Shown here in pieces: positions 38,274 through 48,721 of a DNA stretch of 64,000 nucleotides. The translations under genes and the position numbers were made by a program. This stretch comes from Eubacteriales bacterium (lineage in GTDB: Bacteria; Bacillota; Clostridia; Oscillospirales; QAMX01). Location: the NCBI GenBank assembly GCA_045639125.1, contig JAZUCL010000021.1:11526-75525 (forward strand). The letters run 5' to 3'. Every line of letters begins with the position of its first letter. Positions within the stretch are counted from its first letter, which is position 1. The notes below the pieces were generated by a model. The model searched no databases. It was not told the origin of the DNA and saw nothing but the letters and a program-made list of their open reading frames with translations.

Positions 38274-39635
38274 GTGGAGAAAAAATCCCTCTTAACACTT
38301 GCTAAGTGGTGTGACGGAACCCTTGAGGGTGACAACATTATTGTCAGCGATGTGTGCAGGAATACTCAGTCACTTACAAAAGGCTGTCTGTTTACACCTC
38401 TTATAGGTGCTCGTGCAGACGGACACGTATATATTTCAGATGCACTGAAAAAGGGTGCAGTTGCAACGCTGTGTGCCCGTGACGATATAAAACCCGCCTG
38501 CCCGACAATTCGTGTTTCAAATACACTTTCTGCCGTACAGGATATTGCGAAAAATTATAAAAACAACTACAATGTAAAACTTGTTGGTGTAACCGGAAGC
38601 GTTGGCAAGACTACGACTTGCAGAATGATATCCGATGTGTTAAAGACAAGTTTTCGTCTTCTTAAAACTGAGGACGATATGAATGGGCAGATTGGATTGC
38701 CCTATGCACTTCTTAATCTTGACAGTACGCATGAGGCGGCAGTTATGGAAATGGGAATGTCCCAGTATGGCGAGTTGAGTCGTCTTACAGCGATTGCAAC
38801 ACCTGATGTTGCCGTAATTAACTCAATAGGTACTGCTCACATTGAGTTTTTTGGAACGAGAGAGAATATACGCAAAGCGAAACTTGAAATATTAGAGGGC
38901 TTGAAGTCTGACGGTACAGCGGTACTTAGTGGTGATGAGAAACTTTTGTGGGATATTCGAGGAGATATGTCCCATAAAACCATATACTATGCCGTTGACA
39001 ATATAGATGCAGACGTAGTTGGTTCGATTATTTCCTCTGATGCTCTTTCACAGACAATCAGGGTACGTGGTCTTGGCAGAGATTTTACGATTTATCTCCC
39101 CGTTGGTGGAGTTCATAACGCAAAAAATGCCCTTGCCGCTTGTGCGGTTGGTATCTCCATGGGCATTAGCGATGAAGATATTATAAAAGGCATTTCATCG
39201 TATGAAAGTGCCAAAGGTCGTCAACGAATTTTCAAACACAATGAAATGACGTTAATTGACGATTGCTATAACGCAAGTCCTGATGCGGTTAAAGCATCCC
39301 TTTTGATACTTGCATCTGTACCGTCAAATAAGCGTATTGCTGTACTTGGCGGTATGCTCGAACTTGGTGAATATTCTGTGTCTGGTCATACTGCCTGCGG
39401 TGAGATTGCGGCAAATTGTGCAACACATCTTCTTTGCTATGGTGAGGGTAGTGATGCATATCGAAACGGTGCAATTCGTGGAGGTATGAGTGAGGATAGA
39501 ATTTTAATATTTGATAGCCGTGACGATATGGCGGCATACCTTAAAACTCTTGCTACATCAGGCGACACAATACTATTTAAGGGCAGTCATTCGATGAAAA
39601 TAGAGGAAGTTTTGGAAAAATTCATGGAGGAATAA
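38274..39635 (+). CDS. murF: UDP-MurNAc-tripeptide:D-Ala-D-Ala ligase
   Basis: GVTGSVGKTTT is present, positioned after murE. GTG start. Confidence 0.88.
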   Translation: MEKKSLLTLAKWCDGTLEGDNIIVSDVCRNTQSLTKGCLFTPLIGARADGHVYISDALKKGAVATLCARDDIKPACPTIRVSNTLSAVQDIAKNYKNNYNVKLVGVTGSVGKTTTCRMISDVLKTSFRLLKTEDDMNGQIGLPYALLNLDSTHEAAVMEMGMSQYGELSRLTAIATPDVAVINSIGTAHIEFFGTRENIRKAKLEILEGLKSDGTAVLSGDEKLLWDIRGDMSHKTIYYAVDNIDADVVGSIISSDALSQTIRVRGLGRDFTIYLPVGGVHNAKNALAACAVGISMGISDEDIIKGISSYESAKGRQRIFKHNEMTLIDDCYNASPDAVKASLLILASVPSNKRIAVLGGMLELGEYSVSGHTACGEIAANCATHLLCYGEGSDAYRNGAIRGGMSEDRILIFDSRDDMAAYLKTLATSGDTILFKGSHSMKIEEVLEKFMEE

Positions 39636-39640
39636 TAGGA

Positions 39641-40633
39641 ATGTTTGGTTCGGTAGGTGCGTTTGTCCTTGCTTTTGCAATTACTGCGGCAATTGGACCG
39701 TATGTTATTACACAACTCAGACGATTGAAAGTTGGACAAAAAATTCTTGAAATTGGCCCCAAATGGCACTTAAATAAGCAAAATATCCCTACAATGGGTG
39801 GCTTTATGTTTATTATCGGTATTGTAGTTGCTACAATTATTATGGCAGTAGTATCAGGTACAGTATCAGCAAAAGCGTATATTGCTGTACTTTGTATGGC
39901 ACTTAGTTTTGGTGCTATCGGATTTTTGGACGATTATAAAAAAGTCATGAAAAAGCAAAATCTTGGCTTAACGGCACGTCAAAAATTTCTTTTACAACTT
40001 GCCGTTTCTATTGCATTTATCAGCATTATGCGATACTTAGGCATTGTGACACCAAACATATTTATTCCGTTTTTTAACGTCTCATTTGAAATTCCGTGGA
40101 TAATTTACAACGTATTTATGGCGTTTGTAATTGTTGGTACAGTAAACGCTGTCAATCTTACAGATGGCTTAGACGGACTTGCCGCAGGCGTCACCCTTCC
40201 CGTAATGATTTTCTTTGGTGCTGTGGCATTTACCGTCGGACATATTTCGGCTGTGTCTTTAGCACAACTTTCATTTGCTTGTGCCGGTGCGTTGTGCGGA
40301 TTTTTAATTTACAACTTCAATCCTGCAAAAGTATTTATGGGCGATACAGGCTCGCTGTTTCTTGGTGCTATGGTATGTGGACTTGCCTTTGCTCTTGATA
40401 TGCCAATTCTTATTGTGCCTGTTGGACTTGTTTACATTGCAGAAACCCTGTCTGTTATTTTGCAGGTATTATATTTCAAAATCAGCGGTGGTAAGCGAAT
40501 ATTTAAGATGGCACCACTTCATCATCATTTTGAAATGTGTGGCTATAAAGAACGTCAAATTGTTGCCGTTGCCACTGCAATAACAGCATTTATGTGCGTT
40601 GTTACATACTTTGGAATTTATACTGTTATATAA
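39641..40633 (+). CDS. mraY: Phospho-MurNAc-pentapeptide translocase
   Basis: Polytopic protein with NLTDGLDGLA and MGDTGSL motifs. Confidence 0.92.
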   Translation: MFGSVGAFVLAFAITAAIGPYVITQLRRLKVGQKILEIGPKWHLNKQNIPTMGGFMFIIGIVVATIIMAVVSGTVSAKAYIAVLCMALSFGAIGFLDDYKKVMKKQNLGLTARQKFLLQLAVSIAFISIMRYLGIVTPNIFIPFFNVSFEIPWIIYNVFMAFVIVGTVNAVNLTDGLDGLAAGVTLPVMIFFGAVAFTVGHISAVSLAQLSFACAGALCGFLIYNFNPAKVFMGDTGSLFLGAMVCGLAFALDMPILIVPVGLVYIAETLSVILQVLYFKISGGKRIFKMAPLHHHFEMCGYKERQIVAVATAITAFMCVVTYFGIYTVI

Positions 40634-40666
40634 AATATCGGCATATACTGAGGGAAGGAGTCCTAC

Positions 40667-41998
40667 ATGAAAAATAAATTCTTCAAAAAGAATACCAAAG
40701 CTGACGCCGTGCCTCAGCAAGAAGAAAACCCTTTTGTAGTCGATATGGCTGCATTGCGGTCAAATTATTCTGCCCAGGAGTCAGTGACAGCGGAAAGTGA
40801 TGCACAAAATACAACACCATCTAAACGTAGACGTGGAGTATTCAACGCAAAAAAGGCAAAAAAACTGAAGAAAAAGAAACAGAAAAAAGCACTTGGAAGT
40901 CTTGATATTCCATTTTTAATGCTTGTGCTGATTCTCATGGCTGTGGGATATGTAATGATGTTTTCCGCAAGTTACACGGCAGCATACTATAAGTACGGTG
41001 ATCCGTATTACTTTATCAGAAGCCAGGGTATTTATGCTGTTGGCGGTATAGTATTTATGCTTTTTGTGTCTCGCCGTTCATATAAGATTTTGAGCCGATT
41101 TGATACTATTGGTATTGTAGGTTCACTTATACTTTTGATCCTCGTTTTGATTGTAGGTAGTACATTTAACAACTCAACTCGTTGGCTTTCCGTATTTGGA
41201 CTTTTCAGTTTCCAGCCATCTGAGGTTGCGAAAGTTGCGATAATTGTGGCGTTTTCAAGTTATTGCGTTAAAATGAGTGATAAAATGAAGACGTTTAAGT
41301 GGGGTATCTTGCCCTATATGTTCATTCTTGGAATTTTTGCTTTCCTTTTGATGCGTCAGCCACACTTGTCAGCAACAGTTATTATTGTTGTAACAGGTAT
41401 TGTTATCATATTCCTTGGCGGTGCTAATTTAGGACATCTGACTGCTCTTGGTGCAGGTGCAGGTCTTGCAGGTTATGTGTTGGTATTTATAATGGAATAC
41501 GGCAAAAGCCGTATTGATGCATGGCTTGACCCATTGGCGTATGCTTCAAGTGACGGATATCAAGTGTTGCAATCTCTGTACGCAATAGCATCAGGTGGAT
41601 TGTGGGGTCTTGGTCTTGGACAGAGCCGACAAAAGCATATGTTCTTGCCTGAACCGTACAACGATTTCATTTTCTCGGTTGTAAGTGAGGAACTTGGTTT
41701 TATTGGTGCTATAGGTATTATGATACTGTTTGCACTGCTTATTGTGCGTGGATATATGATTGCCATGCGTGCAAAGGATAGATTTGGTACGCTCGTTGTT
41801 GCAGGTATTATTACCCAACTTGCCGTTCAGACTATCTTTAACATCGGCGTTGTAACGGGATTTTTCCCTGTAACAGGTGCTTCACTACCATTCTTTAGTT
41901 CAGGTGGTACTTCACTTTTGATTTTATTTGCTGAAATGGGAATTGTCCTATCAGTTTCAAGAGAAATACCTGCCAAAAAACAAGGTGAAGGCGAATAG
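40667..41998 (+). CDS. ftsW: FtsW/SpoVE (SEDS) family protein with a Lys-rich N-terminal extension
   Basis: SEDS-typical sequence (QPSE..K, PVTG..LPFFSSGGTS). Confidence 0.88.
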   Translation: MKNKFFKKNTKADAVPQQEENPFVVDMAALRSNYSAQESVTAESDAQNTTPSKRRRGVFNAKKAKKLKKKKQKKALGSLDIPFLMLVLILMAVGYVMMFSASYTAAYYKYGDPYYFIRSQGIYAVGGIVFMLFVSRRSYKILSRFDTIGIVGSLILLILVLIVGSTFNNSTRWLSVFGLFSFQPSEVAKVAIIVAFSSYCVKMSDKMKTFKWGILPYMFILGIFAFLLMRQPHLSATVIIVVTGIVIIFLGGANLGHLTALGAGAGLAGYVLVFIMEYGKSRIDAWLDPLAYASSDGYQVLQSLYAIASGGLWGLGLGQSRQKHMFLPEPYNDFIFSVVSEELGFIGAIGIMILFALLIVRGYMIAMRAKDRFGTLVVAGIITQLAVQTIFNIGVVTGFFPVTGASLPFFSSGGTSLLILFAEMGIVLSVSREIPAKKQGEGE

Positions 41999-42012
41999 TT
42001 AAGAGGTGTTCT

Positions 42013-43146
42013 ATGAGAGCAATATTGTGTGGCGGTGGTACAGGAGGTCATATCAATCCGGCAATCGCTATTGCAAAGAAAATATGTATGGAGGAGTCTG
42101 ACAGCGAAATTCTTTTTTGTGGTGGTGTAGGTGGTCTTGAAGAAAGACTTGTGCCACGTGAAGGGTTTAGACTTGAAACCTTTGACATCAAAGGCTTCCG
42201 CAGACGACTTGACCTTAAAAGCATTGCCTACAACTTCAAATCTTTGAAAAAGGCAATATCCTCACAAAGTAAGGCAAAAAAAGTTATACGTACATTTAAG
42301 CCTGACATTGTTATTGGCTGCGGTGGCTATGCAAGTTACCCTGTAATGAAGCAGGCACAGAGTATGGGTATCCCAACTGCCGTTCTTGAGGTAAATGTAT
42401 TGCCGGGTATTACTACAAAAGTTCTTGCACGTAAAGCCTCGCTTTTAATGCTTGGCTTTGAAGATACGAAAAAGTATTTTGACACATATACAGGGAAACT
42501 GTGTGTTACAGGCAATCCTATTCGCAGAGATATTTTAGATGCAAAAAAGGAAACATCTCGCAGTGAATTAGGAATAGATAAACGTCCTCTTATCGTTTCT
42601 GTATGGGGTTCTCTCGGTGCAGAACGAATGAATGAAATTATGGTGGACTTTATTGAGTTAGAGTCACGAACTGACAGTCATAATCTCATACACGCAATCG
42701 GCGGACACGGCTACGCATGGGTGCCTGAATTGATTGTGAAAAAAGGCGTTGAACTTTCAAAACATACAAATATTGATGTTCGTGAGTATATCTATGATAT
42801 GGCACGAGTTCTTTCTGCAGCAGATTTGGTACTGTGCAGAGCAGGTGCGGCAACTCTTGGAGAACTTTGCGTACTTGGTAAGCCGTGTATTATAGTACCA
42901 TCACCAAACGTAGCGGAAAACCATCAAGAGAAGAACGCACGAGCCTTGGAACAGGCAGGCGGTGCCGTTGTTATATTGGAAAAGGATTGTACGGCAGATG
43001 TGCTGTACAGCGAGGCGTGCCGACTTTTATCTGACGAAATCACACTTAAAAGTATGTCTGAAAATCTAAAAAAACTTGGACAGCCTGACGCTATTGAGCG
43101 TATTTATACGGCAATTCGTGGAGTTGCACGGAAAAATCACATATAA
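42013..43146 (+). CDS. murG: Lipid II-forming GlcNAc transferase MurG
   Basis: GGGTGGHINPAIA at the N-terminus. Confidence 0.9.
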   Translation: MRAILCGGGTGGHINPAIAIAKKICMEESDSEILFCGGVGGLEERLVPREGFRLETFDIKGFRRRLDLKSIAYNFKSLKKAISSQSKAKKVIRTFKPDIVIGCGGYASYPVMKQAQSMGIPTAVLEVNVLPGITTKVLARKASLLMLGFEDTKKYFDTYTGKLCVTGNPIRRDILDAKKETSRSELGIDKRPLIVSVWGSLGAERMNEIMVDFIELESRTDSHNLIHAIGGHGYAWVPELIVKKGVELSKHTNIDVREYIYDMARVLSAADLVLCRAGAATLGELCVLGKPCIIVPSPNVAENHQEKNARALEQAGGAVVILEKDCTADVLYSEACRLLSDEITLKSMSENLKKLGQPDAIERIYTAIRGVARKNHI

Positions 43147-43208
43147 TCGCTAATTGGCATAATATATCCCGAAGGATTCTTTTTGTGATATATTCGGGAG
43201 GCTATGCC

Positions 43209-44465
43209 ATGAGCGAGTTGGTGATAATCGGCGGAAAACCGCTGTGGGGTGAATTAAAGGTACAAGGTTCTAAAAACAGTGCTTTACCACTTTTAGCGGC
43301 AACAATCGTTACATCAGGGAAAACAACATTACATAACTGTCCACAGTTACAAGACGTTGAAACGGCGATAGAAATATTGAGGATTCTCGGTTGTAATGTA
43401 AAACGAGAGGGAAGTTGTGTTACTGTTGACTCAAGGAATGTAAATTGTGGGTATATTCCCGACAAATTGATGAGAAAAATGCGTTCTTCAGTCGTCTTTC
43501 TCGGTGCCATATTGGCACGGTTAAGACGTGGTGAATTGTATATGCCAGGCGGTTGTCGTCTTGGGCCACGACCTATTGACATACATCTGTCCTCTTTTCA
43601 ACGTATGGGTGTTGTGTTTGAGGAAAATGCAGGCAAAATAAGTTGCGATGGCAAAAATATGGCGGCTTGCGACATTTCCCTTTCTTTTCCGTCAGTAGGT
43701 GCAACTGAGAATATAATGCTTGCTGCCTGTGGTTGTAACGGGCGTACCACAATACGAAATGCAGCCCGTGAGCCTGAAATTGTAGACCTACAGGCGTATC
43801 TTCGTGCCGTTGGATATGATGTCAGCGGTGCCGGAGAATCAATAATTACGATTGAAGGCAGTAGGTGTATTAAACGTACTGACGTTATACATCGTGTTAT
43901 TCCGGATCGTATTGCAGCAGGCACATATCTTTGTGCGGCGGCTGCAACTGGAGGAAAAATAACTTTACATAATACGTATCCGGCCCATTACATTCCTCTT
44001 TGCGATAAACTGCGTGAGTTGGGCTGTGTTGTGGATTGTAAGGAGTTTAGCGTATCACTATCCTCTAATGGAAATCTAAAGGGAATATCATCGGTTCAAA
44101 CTATGCCATATCCTGCATTTCCAACAGACCTCCAATCGCCACTTATGGCTGTTTCGTGCTTTGGACGAGATACAAGTGTTTTTGTTGAAAATATATTTGA
44201 TGCAAGATACCAGCACGTACCAGAACTTGTTCGTATGGGAGCAAGAATTGATGTAATTGGTCGTGTTGCTATAGTATTTGGCGGAAATATGTTGACTGGA
44301 ACACAAATGACTGCCACCGACTTACGAGGCGGTGCGGCATTGGCAGTAGCAGCACTTGGTGCTAATGGAAAGAGTCGTATAAGTGCTACGGAGCATATCG
44401 AAAGAGGATATGAACGATTTGACGAAGCATTATCAAAATTAGGCGGAGATGTACGCAGAATTTGA
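43209..44465 (+). CDS. murA: UDP-GlcNAc 1-carboxyvinyltransferase
   Basis: KVQGSKNSALPLLAA and the catalytic Cys loop PGGCRLGPRPID. The start is moved to ATG 43209 (GGGAGG RBS). Confidence 0.9.
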   Translation: MSELVIIGGKPLWGELKVQGSKNSALPLLAATIVTSGKTTLHNCPQLQDVETAIEILRILGCNVKREGSCVTVDSRNVNCGYIPDKLMRKMRSSVVFLGAILARLRRGELYMPGGCRLGPRPIDIHLSSFQRMGVVFEENAGKISCDGKNMAACDISLSFPSVGATENIMLAACGCNGRTTIRNAAREPEIVDLQAYLRAVGYDVSGAGESIITIEGSRCIKRTDVIHRVIPDRIAAGTYLCAAAATGGKITLHNTYPAHYIPLCDKLRELGCVVDCKEFSVSLSSNGNLKGISSVQTMPYPAFPTDLQSPLMAVSCFGRDTSVFVENIFDARYQHVPELVRMGARIDVIGRVAIVFGGNMLTGTQMTATDLRGGAALAVAALGANGKSRISATEHIERGYERFDEALSKLGGDVRRI

Positions 44466-44473
44466 GGGATATA

Positions 44474-45334
44474 ATGAAACAGAAGAAAAGAAGAAATGTG
44501 ACGGACAACGGAGCGGAAAACAGACGCTCCGACCGTCGCAACGTAAAACAAACAAATAAAAAGACAGTACGTCACGGTAAAAATGTAAAGAAAAAGCGTG
44601 TCGTATATGACGGCGGTATTTCAGGAGACTTGATTTACGCAATACTTATGACGATTGCTTTAGTGGCGGCAATTGGATTTGCAACTACGCAATTTTTCAA
44701 GGTGTCGGACATTGAGGTAATAGGTAATGAACGTACATCTGCAAGCGAAATCCGTTCTGCATCGGGTATCGCACATGGGGACAAGTTGTTCTATCTCAAC
44801 GGATTTGAAATCAGCCGTGATGTTTCAAAGATAATTCCATACGTTGACGAAGTTCGCATTAAACGTAGACCGCCCAGCACTGTAGTTCTTGACGTTACTG
44901 AATGTGTTCCTGTGGCAGCGATCTCCTGTGGTGGTGTCTACTACGTTATTGATAAGGATTGCAAATTGCTTGAATACTTCCCGATTACAGGTAAGTCTGA
45001 GTATCCTGTTATAACGGGGCTTAATGTTATTTCACAAACGCTTGGTGAAACTGTTGATGTAGAAGATGAACTGCGTCTTGTAAGCCTGCGTGCTATTGCA
45101 AGTGAAGTTATGACTAACGAGGATGTAGCACCACGAATCTCGGAACTTAACATGGAGAAGTTATATGATGTGTCATTTATGTACGATGGCAGACTTCGTG
45201 TTGATCTCGGTGAGGCAGATTCTCTTACGAAAAAAGTTCGACTTTTTAATGAAGTTTTGGAAAAACTTGAAGAAAGTGACAAGGGAACTGTCAGTCTAAA
45301 GAATACCGAGAGCATTACATTTCTTCCCAATTAA
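44474..45334 (+). CDS. ftsQ: Cell division protein FtsQ/DivIB (POTRA)
   Basis: Basic N-terminus, one TM helix and a POTRA-like segment IEVIGNERTSASEI. It lies upstream of ftsZ. Confidence 0.75.
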   Translation: MKQKKRRNVTDNGAENRRSDRRNVKQTNKKTVRHGKNVKKKRVVYDGGISGDLIYAILMTIALVAAIGFATTQFFKVSDIEVIGNERTSASEIRSASGIAHGDKLFYLNGFEISRDVSKIIPYVDEVRIKRRPPSTVVLDVTECVPVAAISCGGVYYVIDKDCKLLEYFPITGKSEYPVITGLNVISQTLGETVDVEDELRLVSLRAIASEVMTNEDVAPRISELNMEKLYDVSFMYDGRLRVDLGEADSLTKKVRLFNEVLEKLEESDKGTVSLKNTESITFLPN

Positions 45335-45435
45335 CAGTTTTTTGTGAATTATAACGATAAAAAGGCTGAAATTAGGTCAAAATCACCCTATTTCAGTTCA
45401 AATTGAAAAAATTATGATTTTTTTGTCATTATGTG

Positions 45436-45464
45436 TTGACTTAATCGACAGAAACAGTTAAAAT
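45436..45464 (+). promoter_or_regulatory. Sigma-A promoter upstream of ftsZ
   Basis: TTGACT, 17 nt spacer, TAAAAT. Confidence 0.5.
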
Positions 45465-45554
45465 AGTATAGTATATAGAACAGTAATTACTATAGAAGTA
45501 TGTTTTTAGATATTTTTTTGAACATACGCTATTTACAAAAGTGGAGGTAATGGT

Positions 45555-46631
45555 ATGGGCTTCGAATTTGAAACAGGTTCGGAAAATGTTGTAACAATAA
45601 AAGTCATCGGCGTCGGTGGCGGTGGCAACAATGCAGTTAATAGAATGCTGAGTAGTGGCTTGCGAGGTGTTGAGTATGTTTCTGTCAACACTGATAAGCA
45701 GGCTTTGATGCATTCTCCTTGTTCTCACAAACTCCAGATTGGTGAAAAACTCACTAAGGGATTTGGTGCAGGTTCTAAGCCGGAAATCGGTAAGAAGGCT
45801 GCAGAAGAGTCAAGAAACGAAATTGCAAAAGTTCTTGAGAATACAGATATGGTATTTATTACCGCAGGTATGGGTGGCGGTACCGGTACAGGTGCGGCTC
45901 CTGTAGTTGCAGAGGTTGCTAAAGAACGTGAAATTCTTACAATTGGTGTTGTAACACGTCCATTCGATTTTGAAGGTCCAAGACGCCGTGAGCAGGCTGA
46001 ACTTGGTATTGCTGCAATGAGCAGCGAAGTCGATGCGTTAATAGTTATTCCTAACGAAAGACTTAAACTTGTAAGCGAGCAAAAGATTACTTTCAAGAAT
46101 GCATTTGAAGTTGCTGATAACGTACTTCGTCAGGCAATCCAGAGCATTACTGAACTTATCACTATGGAAGGTATCATCAACCTTGACTTTGCTGACGTTA
46201 CTTCTATTATGAAGGGTGCAGGTTATGCACACATGGGCGTTGGTCATGCACAAGGTCGTGACAAGGCAGAACTTGCGGCTAAGATGGCCATTGAAAGTCC
46301 TCTCCTTGAAACTTCGATCAACGGTGCTAAGGGTGTTATTATCAACTTTACAGGTAGCCCCGACATCACTCTTGAAGAAGTTGACGCTGCTGCTACAATG
46401 ATTAAGGAAGCAGCACATGAAACTGCACACATCATCTTTGGTGCATCTATTGACGATAACATGGAAGATGAGATTAAGGTTACTGTTATCGCAACTCAGT
46501 TTGATGGCGAAGGTGCAGGTAAAACAAGTAATGATGATGCATCTGTTGATTTTTCCTGGGACACTGCTTCCAAGTCCGATGATGACATCTACAGTGACTT
46601 GCAGAAGTTGTTCAGTGACCGTAACAAGTAA
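45555..46631 (+). CDS. ftsZ: Cell division GTPase FtsZ
   Basis: [13 protein letters not shown] and [11 protein letters not shown] motifs. GGAGG RBS. Confidence 0.95.
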   Translation: MGFEFETGSENVVTIKVIGVGGGGNNAVNRMLSSGLRGVEYVSVNTDKQALMHSPCSHKLQIGEKLTKGFGAGSKPEIGKKAAEESRNEIAKVLENTDMVFITAGMGGGTGTGAAPVVAEVAKEREILTIGVVTRPFDFEGPRRREQAELGIAAMSSEVDALIVIPNERLKLVSEQKITFKNAFEVADNVLRQAIQSITELITMEGIINLDFADVTSIMKGAGYAHMGVGHAQGRDKAELAAKMAIESPLLETSINGAKGVIINFTGSPDITLEEVDAAATMIKEAAHETAHIIFGASIDDNMEDEIKVTVIATQFDGEGAGKTSNDDASVDFSWDTASKSDDDIYSDLQKLFSDRNK

Positions 46632-46634
46632 GTT

Positions 46635-47198
46635 TTGCAAACTTTAGAATCGCTTTGTGCCGAGTGTTTGTCTTGCGATAAGTGTGGTCTGTCTGTAACA
46701 CGTAAGAATGTTGTATTTGGTGCAGGTAATGAAAATGCAACTCTTATGTTCGTAGGGGAGGGTCCCGGCGAGCAGGAGGATAATACAGGAGTACCGTTTG
46801 TCGGTGCAGCAGGACATCTGCTTGATGATTTGCTCTTATCTGTTGGTATTTCAAGGGAAGATGTGTACATTGCAAATATTGTAAAGTGCCGTCCACCATC
46901 AAACAGAGATCCAAAACCTGATGAGCAGGACGTATGTATTGACTACTTACGAAGACAAGTTCAAATAATACGTCCAAAACTTTTAGTGTGTCTCGGCAGA
47001 ATTGCTGCCTGTCGTATAATTGATCCTGAGTTTCGCATTACGAAACAACATGGAATTTGGTATGATAAAAAAACGATGGAAATAATGGCGACATATCACC
47101 CGTCAGCCCTGTTGCGTGATCCGTCTAAACGCCCTGAAGCGTTCTTGGATTTTCTTCGTATTGCAGATGCACTACAGAGAATAAATCAAAATAGTTAA
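46635..47198 (+). CDS. Uracil-DNA glycosylase, family 4 (Fe-S)
   Basis: VFGAGNENATLMFVGEGPGEQED...PFVGAAG and N-terminal cysteines are present. The TTG start has no obvious RBS, so the start is uncertain. Confidence 0.8.
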   Translation: MQTLESLCAECLSCDKCGLSVTRKNVVFGAGNENATLMFVGEGPGEQEDNTGVPFVGAAGHLLDDLLLSVGISREDVYIANIVKCRPPSNRDPKPDEQDVCIDYLRRQVQIIRPKLLVCLGRIAACRIIDPEFRITKQHGIWYDKKTMEIMATYHPSALLRDPSKRPEAFLDFLRIADALQRINQNS

Positions 47199-47210
47199 AT
47201 GTAAGATTAA

Positions 47211-47239
47211 GTGCCGTATCGTTTGATACGGCACTTTTT
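47211..47239. terminator. Bidirectional terminator
   Basis: gtgccgtatc-gttt-gatacggcac followed by TTTTT. Confidence 0.8.
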
Positions 47240-47276
47240 GTGTGAATAGTAATGAAGTTTAATATATGATTCTCTC

Positions 47277-47402
47277 TCATTTAATTTTCAGCGTCTTAAG
47301 ATACGTCTTTTGCTCGCTTGTTATCCGATAACTTTCAACTGATTTTTGTATAGTCTTGTTATGTACCCATGCGGGAAGTACTTTGTTTTGAATGTCTGTC
47401 AT
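47277..47402 (-). CDS. Possible 41-aa ORF (MTDIQNKVLPAWVHNKTIQKSVESYRITSEQKTYLKTLKIK)
   Basis: The ORF lies between the split membrane gene and the terminator. The RBS is weak (AAGG) and no family is recognised. Confidence 0.2.
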   Translation of the reverse strand: MTDIQNKVLPAWVHNKTIQKSVESYRITSEQKTYLKTLKIK

Positions 47403-47415
47403 GTTACTACCTTAA

Positions 47416-47744
47416 TCAGAAGAGACCTTTATTATACTTTATTATTGCATAGAGAGTTAAGGAAATCCCAATGATACAACCTACAATGACAAGGATTGCA
47501 CCAACAATCGTAAAAAACTCAATTTCCGTCACTTGTGCAATAAACGAAAAATTCCAAATAGAACTATTGAAAAACCGACTATACAAGTACCACAACCTAC
47601 AAGTTTTCCAAAAACTTTCTTGTTTTCCTCTGACAATCGGTGTCTGTGATACCAATGTATCGTACTTATGTTACCACGAACATTTATAACTCCAAGTACA
47701 ATTAAAATAATTCCTAAAACAATAGGCGTGATATAATACTTCAT
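47416..47744 (-). pseudogene. Small membrane protein (3 predicted TM helices) split by a 1-nt frameshift in an A5/T5 run
   Basis: The 71-aa ORF (47529..47744) and the tail of the 79-aa ORF (47416..47655) both encode clean TM helices. Adding one T at 47547-47551 joins ...FSIVLFGIF to SFIAQVTEIEFFTIVGAIL... Confidence 0.5.
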
Positions 47745-47778
47745 TTTGTCACCTCAATCTTTTGAAACTTATCTTTAT

Positions 47779-48444
47779 TCACCAAATAAAAGGTAGTAGT
47801 TTATATTTTACTTTTTTCTTATATTCTGTGTAACCATCAAGTTCTCTTTCTAAAACTTGTTCTTCGTTTTTTATTCTTATGACAATAATGAAAGGATAAA
47901 CAAGAAATACAAAAAATGATAGTAAAGAGCCCAGAATCAAGGGAAAAGTAAGAAACAGAAAAATTGTCGCTGTATACATTGGGTGTCTTACAATTCCATA
48001 AAGTCCCGTATCAATTACTTTTTGATTTTTTACTACTTCTATTGTTCTTGATAGATATGTATTTTCATAAACAACGACGCCGAGCATAATATAGGCAAAC
48101 AAAAATATAACTAAGGCAATAATCACAATGATTTTTGGAATTTGAAGAAAATTATAGCGATAACTAAGTCCTGCAATAACAAAGCCTGCGATAAACATAA
48201 GTCCGCTTAACAGCAAAACTGTTTTTTGGGTATTCTCTCTCTCTTTTGCATTTAGTCTTTTTTCTAATAATTGTGGGTTTTTAATGAATAGAACAATACC
48301 AAACACAAACATAGGAGCAAATAAAATACTCATAAATATCTGACCATTCAACCAGTTAATAGTTCCTGCCGGGATAAACAGCATTAAAGTTACAAGTATA
48401 AATCCCAATATAAATTTTATCAATGCTTTTGCCAATAGCCTCAT
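47779..48444 (-). CDS. Isoprenylcysteine carboxyl methyltransferase (ICMT/PEMT)-family membrane methyltransferase
   Basis: C-terminal GLYGIVRHPMYTA...IKNEEQVLERELDGYTEY is typical of the family. The start is moved to ATG 48444 (GAGGA RBS). Confidence 0.7.
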   Translation of the reverse strand: MRLLAKALIKFILGFILVTLMLFIPAGTINWLNGQIFMSILFAPMFVFGIVLFIKNPQLLEKRLNAKERENTQKTVLLLSGLMFIAGFVIAGLSYRYNFLQIPKIIVIIALVIFLFAYIMLGVVVYENTYLSRTIEVVKNQKVIDTGLYGIVRHPMYTATIFLFLTFPLILGSLLSFFVFLVYPFIIVIRIKNEEQVLERELDGYTEYKKKVKYKLLPFIW

Positions 48445-48622
48445 ATTGATCCTCATTTCCTCAAAAAACAAATTAAGCACTATACACGACTATCATACAG
48501 TAATATTTAAGGCTTTTCAAGAGGTTAATGAAACTAAAAACGGCATTTAGTAAAACGAAGTTATCACTCGTTAAGAAACTGTAAAAAAATAAGAGTTTTC
48601 TAAGAATAAAAAGTAATAATGC

Positions 48623-48651
48623 TTGCAAGGACACTTGGATACATATATAAT
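48623..48651 (+). promoter_or_regulatory. Sigma-A promoter of the DUF1538-like/P-II operon
   Basis: TTGCAA, 17 nt spacer, TATAAT. Confidence 0.6.
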
Positions 48652-48721
48652 TAGTAGGTGAGGGAAAGGTTGGAGTTAATATTGCTACGCATTTTCCTCG
48701 GAAGCGGAGGTTTTTTCATTT

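Noticed and set aside
48445-48480. GTG 48480 start of the ICMT-like gene
   Set aside because: The 12-codon extension (MLNLFFEEMRIN) contains the GAGGA that serves as the RBS for ATG 48444. The shorter form starts right at the first TM segment.
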